Assembly (NCBI GenBank): GCA_049519355.1
Contig: JBEKQV010000001.1
Span: 64,688 to 128,687, forward strand
Length of the DNA stretch: 64,000 bases
Direction: 5' to 3'
From: Candidatus Microgenomates bacterium
Lineage (GTDB): Bacteria > Patescibacteriota > Microgenomatia > UBA8517
In this document: positions 56,131-64,000 of the stretch, piece by piece
Position numbering within the stretch: position 1 is the first letter of the stretch
Layout: every line of letters starts with the position of its first letter
Notes under the pieces: generated by a model
What the model was told of the DNA's origin: nothing
The model's database searches: none
Seen by the model: the letters and a program-made list of their open reading frames with translations, nothing else
Position numbers and translations under genes: made by a program

Positions 56131-57861
56131 ATGGCATTGCTACTGCTATTCGCTTTCATATCCGGACTCGTGACAATTCTGGCTCCGTGCATTTGGCCAC
56201 TTCTCCCAATTGTTCTATCATCGGCAATCGCGGGCCACGGACACAAACGTCCGCTGGGAATTACCCTCGGAATTATAATTAGCTTCGCCGTATTCACTTT
56301 GGCAATTTCCACTTTGGTCCGAGTTTTCCATCTGGACGCCAATGTTCTCAGAATTGTTGCAGTAATTATTATCGCCGGACTGGGCCTAACGATGGTTTTT
56401 CCGGCACTTTACACAAAATTTGAGATATTGGTAACTAAACTTGGAAACATCTTCGGAGCGAACAAGGGCCATGAAGGCAACGACTTTTTACCGGGACTTG
56501 TTACCGGACTTTCCCTTGGAATCCTTTGGACCCCGTGCGCAGGACCTATTCTCGCCACGGTTGCCGTTCTAGCCGCAACAGGAAAAATCAGCATGGATGT
56601 AATTTTGGTAACAGTTTCTTACTGTATTGGGGTGGGAGTTCCGCTTTTTATTTTTGCTTACGGCGGACAAAAAATTATTTCAAAACTTAAAGGAGTTTCG
56701 CGTTATACCGGAAGAATCCAACAAATATTCGGAGTCATTATGATTCTTGCGGCAATTGCAATTTACACAAATTATGACCAGACACTCCAGTTAAAACTTG
56801 TTAACACATTTCCTTCATTCGGCAATGCCGTTAACGGCTTTGAAAGTAGCACGCTTGTAACAAATCAACTAAACATTCTCAAGGGAATGACGCCCGCCCC
56901 GGTTTCCGAAGTTACTGGGCTTTTCAATACTGATATTCCAGCACCGGATTTTACCGGAATCACCAACTGGCTCAATACGGACAAACCAATTTCAATTAAG
57001 GATTTAAAAGGAAAAGTCGTACTTGTAGATTTCTGGACTTACACCTGTATAAATTGCATCCGGACGCTTCCCCATATCACCGCCTGGTACAACAAATATA
57101 AAGATCAGGGATTTATTGTGATCGGCGTTCATACTCCAGAGTTCCAGTTTGAACATAATACGGGGAATGTCGAAAACGCAATAAAAATGTATAACATCAC
57201 TTACCCTGTTGCCCAGGACAATAATTATTCAACCTGGAATGCCTACAGCAACGAATATTGGCCTGCCGACTATCTTATAGACACAAACGGAAATATCAGA
57301 CGCACCGACTTTGGTGAAGGAAATTACTCCGAAACCGAAATGGCAATTCAGGAACTTTTGAAGGAGGCCGGACAAAAAGTGAATACACCGCTTACAAATA
57401 TTCCGGACCAAGCACCAACCACAGAGATTTCCCCGGAAACATACTTGGGGTCGTCACGGATGCAATTTTACTATCCTTCGGGAAGTTTGGGCAATGGAAC
57501 TCAAACACTTACCCTCTCAGATAATATAACTCAAGACAGTTTTAGTTATGGCGGAACTTGGACAATAAGTAACGAGTATTCAACATCGGGCGTCAACGCC
57601 ACTATTAATTACAATTTCAAAGCAGGTAAAGTATTTATCGTTTTGCATCAGGGCAGTACGGCTGGAAAAATTAAAGTCTACCTCGACGGAAAGGTAGTTG
57701 GTCCGGCTCAATCAGGAACTGACGTCAAAAACGGAATAATAACGGTTGATTCTAATAGACTATACAGCGTTATCGATCTAAAAGGTAAAACGGAAAATCA
57801 CATTCTTAAACTTGAATTCCAAACCTCCGGAATCCAAGTTTATACCTTTACCTTCGGATAA
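56131..57861 (+). CDS. DipZ-like protein: CcdA/DsbD transmembrane domain fused to TlpA-like thioredoxin and a C-terminal beta domain
   Basis: TM Cys pair (LAPCIWPL... TPCAGPIL), thioredoxin WTYTCINC CxxC. Confidence 0.7.
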   Translation: MALLLLFAFISGLVTILAPCIWPLLPIVLSSAIAGHGHKRPLGITLGIIISFAVFTLAISTLVRVFHLDANVLRIVAVIIIAGLGLTMVFPALYTKFEILVTKLGNIFGANKGHEGNDFLPGLVTGLSLGILWTPCAGPILATVAVLAATGKISMDVILVTVSYCIGVGVPLFIFAYGGQKIISKLKGVSRYTGRIQQIFGVIMILAAIAIYTNYDQTLQLKLVNTFPSFGNAVNGFESSTLVTNQLNILKGMTPAPVSEVTGLFNTDIPAPDFTGITNWLNTDKPISIKDLKGKVVLVDFWTYTCINCIRTLPHITAWYNKYKDQGFIVIGVHTPEFQFEHNTGNVENAIKMYNITYPVAQDNNYSTWNAYSNEYWPADYLIDTNGNIRRTDFGEGNYSETEMAIQELLKEAGQKVNTPLTNIPDQAPTTEISPETYLGSSRMQFYYPSGSLGNGTQTLTLSDNITQDSFSYGGTWTISNEYSTSGVNATINYNFKAGKVFIVLHQGSTAGKIKVYLDGKVVGPAQSGTDVKNGIITVDSNRLYSVIDLKGKTENHILKLEFQTSGIQVYTFTFG

Positions 57862-57890
57862 TGCTTTTGGTGTAATATACTTGCAGAAAC

Positions 57891-58925
57891 ATGTCCCCTA
57901 AAAAGATTTTTATCTTGGTTGCAATTTTAATTGTGCTGGGCGGATTTTTTCTAATTAAACCGTTCTCGGAAAAAAGCATTAAATACCCATCACAAACAAT
58001 CCCGGCACCCACTCTTCAGAAAAGTTGTCCTCCAGGATTCATAAAAGTTCCGGGAAACTCGAATTACTCCACAAGTGACTTTTGTTTAATGAAATATGAT
58101 GCCAAATGCGATAACCCCAACCCAAAATGTATTACAAAAGAAGGAGTTTACAGAAATGACTTACCGGGGTGCTCATGCCAGGGAAATTTCCAGGTAGTTT
58201 CTACCGCAAGCGGTGCCCCTATCACTTATATTCCTGAAGATGACGGAACCAACCAAAATGCAATCACATACTGTAAAAATGCCAGTTGGCACTTGGTTAC
58301 GAACAACGAATGGATGACAGTTGCAAGAAATGTAGAAACCGTTTCCGCAAACTGGTGTAACAAAGACGGGACCGGATGCGGGTATTCTCCCGGAGCTCCC
58401 GGTAAAATTTTAGTCAACGGACACAATGACAGCAGTCCCAATTACGCCCTACCCGAATCAACCGACGATAAACCATGTTTTGGAACAACAACGGACGGAA
58501 CAAATGTTTGCGGTGATAAAAGTTCTCAAAAACGGACTCTAACTTTGACCAACGGCGAGGTGATTTGGGATCTTGCCGGTAATGTCTGGCAATGGATCGA
58601 TGCAGAAATTGCAAGAAAAGATGAGCCACGTACTATAGTTCCAGGTGAAGGAAATCTACGTTGGACGTGGGGAGAATTTCAAACCGTCCCATATAGCAAC
58701 GATTATAGTTCTTCAAACCCTGCATGGAATTCAACTCAGGGTATAGGCAAAATCTATCACTACAACTCCATCGGCGATAAAGATACAACCCTCTACACTT
58801 ATATCCGGGCGGGCAACTGGAGACATGGTTATGATAGCGGGGTTTTTACGATCCATATGAGTCCTGTTGCTTCAAAAACCGGGATAGATGATGTAGGTTT
58901 CAGGTGTGCCGTGGACCTGAAATGA
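57891..58925 (+). CDS. secreted Cys-rich FGE-sulfatase (SUMF1) domain protein
   Basis: NNEWMTVARN (cf. EAEWEYAAR), LAGNVWQWI (cf. GNVWEW), RAGNWRHG and terminal GFRCA signatures of the FGE domain. Confidence 0.55.
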   Translation: MSPKKIFILVAILIVLGGFFLIKPFSEKSIKYPSQTIPAPTLQKSCPPGFIKVPGNSNYSTSDFCLMKYDAKCDNPNPKCITKEGVYRNDLPGCSCQGNFQVVSTASGAPITYIPEDDGTNQNAITYCKNASWHLVTNNEWMTVARNVETVSANWCNKDGTGCGYSPGAPGKILVNGHNDSSPNYALPESTDDKPCFGTTTDGTNVCGDKSSQKRTLTLTNGEVIWDLAGNVWQWIDAEIARKDEPRTIVPGEGNLRWTWGEFQTVPYSNDYSSSNPAWNSTQGIGKIYHYNSIGDKDTTLYTYIRAGNWRHGYDSGVFTIHMSPVASKTGIDDVGFRCAVDLK

Positions 58926-59135
58926 ACCCGATTTTATGGTATAATGAGTTATCAACAATAAGTTTTCGGTAAACAAACTCGTCGAAGCTCTCGTCAAAAA
59001 GGGCGGACATGTAGACAAATACTACCTCCAAGAGTGGAATAAAAATAAGCATGCCGTTGTTTTTCTTCACGGTTGGTTCGGCGGCAAAAATATTCGCGAG
59101 GCCCTGACAAAAGCCTTAACCTGAAAACAAATAAT

Positions 59136-59387
59136 ATGATTACCGATAGCACAAGTATTTGCATCAAGTGCGGTAAGCAGAGAATCGTAATAGCTACACA
59201 CAAAGAAAAAGTAGGCAATGCCTTTGTTATATACAAAGAAACAATATGCCCCGATCCGGACTGCCAAAAGAACGTGGAAAAAATTCTTGCCCAGGAAAAA
59301 GAAAAAAGGCAGCAATCAATGTCGAATCAAAGACTCCGTATCGCCGAAAGAGCTTCGGCAAAAATAGCTTTATCTAGAAACGCGTAG
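59136..59387 (+). CDS. small zinc-ribbon protein
   Basis: CIKCGK...CPDPDCQ two CxxC pairs; basic C-terminal tail; start ATG 59136 (track ORF from TTG 59073). Confidence 0.3.
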   Translation: MITDSTSICIKCGKQRIVIATHKEKVGNAFVIYKETICPDPDCQKNVEKILAQEKEKRQQSMSNQRLRIAERASAKIALSRNA

Positions 59388-59967
59388 AAAGCTGAATAAT
59401 TGTGTGGCTTGGCATCTCAAACCAAAAAGAAGGTCCTACACTCCCACCGCCTTTAACCGTATTAAAAACAACAAGATCAATTCCTCCCCACCCTGTTGCA
59501 TCCTCAATAGTAAGGTTTGGATATTTACCGGCAAATAAATATGTAATGTTGGCCGTTTGCTCATTTTGGGTCGAAGGATCTCCGCTTGCCGTCAAAACAA
59601 AAAAACTTTCTCCCGCAGGGCCGGTCTCTTTCAGAAGAACATATTTATTGTCTGGCGAAAAGGCATTGAGAGGTATCGAAAAAGAAATTGAGGGATCAAC
59701 GGTTTTTGTAAATATTTCTTTTCCCGCAACAGAGAAAGAATACGTCGTTTCCGTACCCGTCTTTGAAGTCTTCATTGATAATGTTTGTGTACCGTCAGGA
59801 GAGTCAACACTTTTTAGTTGGGAAGCCTCAGCCGGAGGAATCTCCGATTGCGGAGAAGGTGTAACTGTACTTTTAGTTTTAAGATAAATGTTGGCTACAA
59901 TTAAAGCCGCAATTACAATAATCAGAAAAATTAACAGTACTTTCTTGGACACCATTTTAGTATACAA
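59374..59967 (-). CDS. hypothetical membrane-anchored secreted protein
   Basis: 197 aa, N-terminal TM. Confidence 0.3.
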   Translation of the reverse strand: MYTKMVSKKVLLIFLIIVIAALIVANIYLKTKSTVTPSPQSEIPPAEASQLKSVDSPDGTQTLSMKTSKTGTETTYSFSVAGKEIFTKTVDPSISFSIPLNAFSPDNKYVLLKETGPAGESFFVLTASGDPSTQNEQTANITYLFAGKYPNLTIEDATGWGGIDLVVFNTVKGGGSVGPSFWFEMPSHTIIQLSTRF

Positions 59968-59968
59968 A

Positions 59969-61003
59969 TCAACCCGTTAAGATGTAAAGCTTTGGAATCT
60001 TATGAATAATAAAAGCCAGCAAAAATGATATTCCTCCAACAAGTACAAAAAAGATCGGGTCAAAAAATATTTTGCCGAAGATATTTCCGCTAAAGAGATT
60101 AAAAAGATTTTTCCCGATAAGCGACCACGTAGCTTCAAGGACAATAACATGAATTAGAAATACAAGGAACGAAAGTTTTGAAAGTTTTTCAGCCCAGGAA
60201 AATTGAAATTTTGGTTTCTCAAAAAGATAAAATAGTATTAAGCCGACAAAAATCGTATATATTAGTACACTCGGACGCCACTGAGAGTAATAAGCCAAAT
60301 AATTTCCTGTTGAAAGATAACCGCTTCTTCCTTCCCAAAAAACATAAATTCCTATTAATGCCGAAACCGCAACCAAAAAATATCTCCATTTGCGAACAAA
60401 TAAATTTATCTTTTCCCTGTTTCTTGCCGCAACAATTCCGGCGATGAAAAAGAAGTATGCAAGAATTGCGATGTGAATTGGGTCGGCAAATCTAAATTGT
60501 TTTATAAAATAATCCTGATACAAAAGCCACATTTGTAAAACAAAGAGCAAAAAGAAAAAGACTTTGTTTGAAATAACTTTGTAGATTTTATGGAAAAAAG
60601 GAAAGGCTAAATAAAAAATGCAAAGAGTTGGAATAAAATATAACTGATAAGAAGCGTCCCCTTTTAAAAGTACCTGGATAAAATTCTCATGGTTTTGGGT
60701 ATATACGAAAAGGTAATAGATAGCACTCCAAAAAACATATGGAATAAAAATTCTGGCGAAACGTTTTTTAATAAACGAAAAATAGCCTAACTTTTGGTCA
60801 AAACTAACCTCCAACACAAATCCTGAGATAATAAAGAAAAGAGGTACTGCAAAACGGGCAACCTGATTCAAAAAAATACTTACCGAGAAACCAATAAGAT
60901 TAAATTTTGCGGCTTCTAAAGTCCGTGTAGTTGTGTGAACAACAACTACCGCCAAAATAGAAATCACTCTTAAAAAATCAATTGATTTTACGTAAGTCTT
61001 CAT
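59969..61003 (-). CDS. acyltransferase family 3 (OatA/WecH-like) membrane protein
   Basis: IDFLRVISILAVVVVH N-terminal motif and about 10 TM helices. Confidence 0.65.
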   Translation of the reverse strand: MKTYVKSIDFLRVISILAVVVVHTTTRTLEAAKFNLIGFSVSIFLNQVARFAVPLFFIISGFVLEVSFDQKLGYFSFIKKRFARIFIPYVFWSAIYYLFVYTQNHENFIQVLLKGDASYQLYFIPTLCIFYLAFPFFHKIYKVISNKVFFFLLFVLQMWLLYQDYFIKQFRFADPIHIAILAYFFFIAGIVAARNREKINLFVRKWRYFLVAVSALIGIYVFWEGRSGYLSTGNYLAYYSQWRPSVLIYTIFVGLILFYLFEKPKFQFSWAEKLSKLSFLVFLIHVIVLEATWSLIGKNLFNLFSGNIFGKIFFDPIFFVLVGGISFLLAFIIHKIPKLYILTG

Positions 61004-61042
61004 TAGCGGATCGTAATCAAAAAGATACGTTTCGGAATAGTA

Positions 61043-62056
61043 CTATTTCATATAACGGTTAAAAAAGCTAATTGTTCTCTGCATTGCAGTTGAAAAACTT
61101 TGATTTATATCATGGTTGCTGCCGGGGTACGAGTAGTAGACAACAACTTTTCCTGCATTTTTCATCCTATTGTAAAGTCCTTGGGAAAAATCGGGGGGAA
61201 CTTGAGTATCAGCCAAACCTACATCAATTTGAACAGGAGCTGTTATATCTTTCAAAAAACTATTTGGGTCAACCGAATTCCAAAACGCAGGATCTGTTTG
61301 GGGTGTGCCATATTCCCCCTCCAGTGTATTGAGATTTTGGAGCCTTAAAGCCATATCTTCGGCTGTAGGCTGATAACTTACCCTGTTTTGCCAATTATTA
61401 ATAATGTCGTTGTATGTACCCACCACCCCGCCCCAAATTACCGCCGCTTTGATATCAGTTCGGTTTATAACAATATCTTTTAGTGTAATTTGCCCACCCA
61501 TTGAATGACCCCAAACTCCGATTTTAGCCGGATTTGCACCAGGGTATTTCTTAATTGAAGCAATTGCATTCAAATCGTCAATCGTATAGTCGGGAGAATA
61601 ATACGTACTTGTCGGACTGCCCTCGGATTTCCCGTTACCACGATAATTCGGTTTAAAAACAATATAACCGTTTCTTGCGAATGCATCCGCATATGCAACG
61701 TAATTCCCATCGGGAGTATATAGCTCCGGGGTAATATAACCATGATTAAAAATAATTACCGGCCAACCGTTAATAGGTTTAATTCCCTTCGGAATTAAAA
61801 GCAGAGCATAGATCTTAAGTCCATCGGATTCGTATGAAGCGATAAATCTATTGTAAGTAGGCATTGGAGAGAGGGTCTGCTCGATTGTAATATCACTCCC
61901 AGGATAATTTCTTTGCCTCATAGCCTGAATAGATAACGGGTTTAGCGGAATAGAGGGAGTTGGTTGTACTATCAATTGTGGAGATAAATGGAACAGACCT
62001 CCAACGATAGAGATAAAAGTCAAAATCTGCGTAATAATGATCTGAAAAACATTCAC
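61043..62056 (-). CDS. secreted alpha/beta hydrolase (S9/dienelactone-hydrolase-like esterase/peptidase)
   Basis: nucleophile elbow GHSMGG, downstream D and H; signal/TM N-terminus. Confidence 0.6.
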   Translation of the reverse strand: MNVFQIIITQILTFISIVGGLFHLSPQLIVQPTPSIPLNPLSIQAMRQRNYPGSDITIEQTLSPMPTYNRFIASYESDGLKIYALLLIPKGIKPINGWPVIIFNHGYITPELYTPDGNYVAYADAFARNGYIVFKPNYRGNGKSEGSPTSTYYSPDYTIDDLNAIASIKKYPGANPAKIGVWGHSMGGQITLKDIVINRTDIKAAVIWGGVVGTYNDIINNWQNRVSYQPTAEDMALRLQNLNTLEGEYGTPQTDPAFWNSVDPNSFLKDITAPVQIDVGLADTQVPPDFSQGLYNRMKNAGKVVVYYSYPGSNHDINQSFSTAMQRTISFFNRYMK

Positions 62057-62063
62057 TCTTTAA

Positions 62064-63239
62064 TTATATCGACCTTTTATAAGGTAAAACCAGAAGAGAA
62101 ATACTTCCGAGTAGTACAAATGCTCCGGCAGTGAGAAATACGGCGGGGTGACCTACTTTGTCATAAAGTAATCCGGCGGTGATACTTGCAATGAGGCCAG
62201 AAATGCCAACTGTAGCATTATATAAGCCAATACTGCTGGCACGAAGTTCTTGCGGAACAAAATCCGCCGCAAATGCTTTTCCTACAGCTCTGAAAATACC
62301 GGAAAAAGTCCCATAAAGAGCAAAAAGAAGGGCAATTACCAAAAAACTATGAGTGAAGGCAAAACCGATAAGTGCAACCAAAAACGCCAAAAAAGAAGTC
62401 AGAAGAACATTTTTTCGACCAAAACGGTCAGATAGTGTTCCTGATGGAAAAGAAACAGCTGCAGCAATGAAATTAAAAACTGCATAAATCAAAATTGTTC
62501 CTATCAACGAAATCCCCACGGCCCTTGTTTGCAGAATCATGAATGAGCTACTGATATTCCCAATTCCAAAAAGCGCGGTAACACCAATGTATTTCCAGTA
62601 AGATTTCGGAAACTTTTTGAAGTTAACATCCAGTTTATATTTGGATTTAAATCCATCCGATTTTTCCTTTACAAAAAGAACCATAATAACAGCTAAAGTT
62701 CCCGGAATTATTGCCAGATAAAAAATATTTCTTATAGGAATCTTGAAGTAAAAAAGCAAAATTACGGCGAGGATTGGACCCAAAAATGCTCCCATATTAT
62801 CTCCGATTCCCTCCAAACCAAAAGCTTTACCCCTGTGAGCCTCATCGGCTGAACCCGCAACCAGTGCATCACGAGGAGCCGATCGGGTACCAGTTCCAAA
62901 CCGGTCGACAACACGCGCAGCGAAAACCCCCTGCCAAATATTAGAAAGTCCCATGAAGGGTTTGGATATTGCGGCAATTGTATAACCAACAATCGCCAAA
63001 GATTTCCTCGTATGGATTTTATCCGATAACCATCCCGCGAACCCTTGTTCAATATTCTGCGTTGCATTAGCTACTCCCTCAATAAGCCCGACTATGCTGC
63101 CTCCCACCCCCAAATACTGAGTTAAAAAAATCGGAAGTATCGGGTAAAGCATTTCTGTGGAAATATCAGCAAAAAGAGAAGTGAAGGTCAAAAGAAAAGT
63201 ATTTTTGGTTAAACCTTGAAAATATTTTTTCTCAGACAT
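62064..63239 (-). CDS. MFS transporter
   Basis: 12 TM, GxxxDRxGRK-like loop (LSDRFGRK); start taken at MSEKKYF (ATG 63239), divergent from SDR gene. Confidence 0.7.
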   Translation of the reverse strand: MSEKKYFQGLTKNTFLLTFTSLFADISTEMLYPILPIFLTQYLGVGGSIVGLIEGVANATQNIEQGFAGWLSDKIHTRKSLAIVGYTIAAISKPFMGLSNIWQGVFAARVVDRFGTGTRSAPRDALVAGSADEAHRGKAFGLEGIGDNMGAFLGPILAVILLFYFKIPIRNIFYLAIIPGTLAVIMVLFVKEKSDGFKSKYKLDVNFKKFPKSYWKYIGVTALFGIGNISSSFMILQTRAVGISLIGTILIYAVFNFIAAAVSFPSGTLSDRFGRKNVLLTSFLAFLVALIGFAFTHSFLVIALLFALYGTFSGIFRAVGKAFAADFVPQELRASSIGLYNATVGISGLIASITAGLLYDKVGHPAVFLTAGAFVLLGSISLLVLPYKRSI

Positions 63240-63270
63240 ACTTAAGATATATGGTAACATAATTATAAGA

Positions 63271-64000
63271 ATGGAAATAAAAAATAAAATCGCAATTGTT
63301 ACCGGAGCAACTAGCGGTATCGGGCTTGCAACGGCAAAGCTCCTAGCTGAGGAGGGAGCCAAAGTTGCACTTGTCGCAAGAAATGAAGTAAAACTTGCCG
63401 CTATTTCAGCTCAAATTCCCGACTCGATGTTTATAAATGCAGATATGAGTAAAGGAGAAGAAATAAAATATATGATTTCTGAAGTCTATAAACATTTTGG
63501 AAAGATTGATATTTTGATTAATTGTGCGGGACAAGGATACGATTCCCCAATCGAAAAAACAGATATTCCAACCTTCCGGAAAATTTTAGATTTGGACGTT
63601 ATGGGCCCTGTTATCGCAATGGAGAAAGTTATTCCAATTATGAAAAAGGAAGATGGCGGAAGTATTATCAATATCAGCTCCGGTACAGCTTTAATGGCAC
63701 TTCCCAATAATGCAGCATACTCGGGAGCGAAGCGGGCCCTCGCACAAATCAGTTTAGTTGCTCGGGAAGAACTGAAAGATAGTGGTATTAAAGTCAGCGT
63801 TGTTTATCCATATATTACTAAGACAGCTTTTGAAATAAATACAATTAGAGACAAATCGATTAAAGAGACGCCTGGTGAAGCAGAGGCCGGAGGCCCTCAA
63901 CCGCCGGATTCCGCCGAATTTGTTGCAAATGTTATTGTTGAGGGAATCAAATCGGGAGAAGCTGAAATTTATGCACATGATTGGATGAAAAATATGAAGC
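63271..64000 (+). CDS. short-chain dehydrogenase/reductase (SDR), 3' partial at window edge
   Basis: TGATSGIGLATAK Rossmann motif, NCAG, S...YSGAKRA catalytic triad region; ORF continues beyond 64000. Confidence 0.75.
   Translation, partial: MEIKNKIAIVTGATSGIGLATAKLLAEEGAKVALVARNEVKLAAISAQIPDSMFINADMSKGEEIKYMISEVYKHFGKIDILINCAGQGYDSPIEKTDIPTFRKILDLDVMGPVIAMEKVIPIMKKEDGGSIINISSGTALMALPNNAAYSGAKRALAQISLVAREELKDSGIKVSVVYPYITKTAFEINTIRDKSIKETPGEAEAGGPQPPDSAEFVANVIVEGIKSGEAEIYAHDWMKNMK

Noticed and set aside
1-64000. CRISPR arrays, transposases, integrases, toxin-antitoxin pairs
   Set aside because: - Scanned intergenic regions for regularly spaced direct repeats and for recombinase-like ORFs; none found.
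- The only repeated element is the dispersed 40-90 nt family reported above.

Overview
The window looks like a low-GC, gene-dense bacterial chromosome segment, probably from a small-genome lineage such as Candidate Phyla Radiation/Patescibacteria. That lineage call is inference from gene content (class I LysRS, many GT2/GT39 glycosyltransferases, a LytR_C protein, many small membrane-anchored hypotheticals, two tRNAs); the lower GC is judged by eye from sampled stretches.

- **1-16 kb:** a large surface-glycan locus. It holds a GT39/PMT-like glycosyltransferase (partial), about six GT2 family genes (one fused to GtrA, one tandem), a CDP-hexose branch (rfbF, rfbG plus RmlC- and RmlD-like genes), galU, galE, a CAP/YkwD protein and a VanZ-like protein. 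trmD sits inside it.
- **16-37 kb:** mostly housekeeping. ftsE-ftsX are followed by a coiled-coil protein with a C39-like peptidase domain. Then come prfB (no programmed frameshift), tgt, an FKBP isomerase, secA, rarA, serS, an HD-domain protein, class I lysK, greA, tRNA-Glu(CTC), an L,D-transpeptidase, lon and dgkA.
- **37.5-52.5 kb:** an accessory block of lineage-specific hypothetical genes. Six of its intergenic spacers carry a same-orientation copy of a roughly 40-90 nt repeat (conserved boxes GCTGAGCATCA and ATCCCATAAC with a variable centre).
- **46.9-51.6 kb (main novelty):** a tight, visibly GC-richer operon inside that block. It encodes an RNHCP-type Cys-rich zinc-ribbon protein, a B12-binding radical SAM enzyme, two SPASM-type radical SAM enzymes (the last with a CxxC...CRLWP Cys-rich C-terminal tail) and a 25-aa Lys-rich peptide ORF, ending in a perfect 14-bp-stem terminator. 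An amidohydrolase is divergently transcribed next to it. I read this as a horizontally acquired, uncharacterised radical-SAM modification system, possibly RiPP-like.
- **52.5-64 kb:** tRNA-Gln(CTG), NUDIX, a GIY-YIG protein, a PAP2-like membrane protein, a GH18-like hydrolase, a DipZ-like CcdA-thioredoxin fusion, an FGE-sulfatase-domain protein, a family 3 acyltransferase, an alpha/beta hydrolase, an MFS transporter and a partial SDR.

No CRISPR array, integrase or transposase was recognised.
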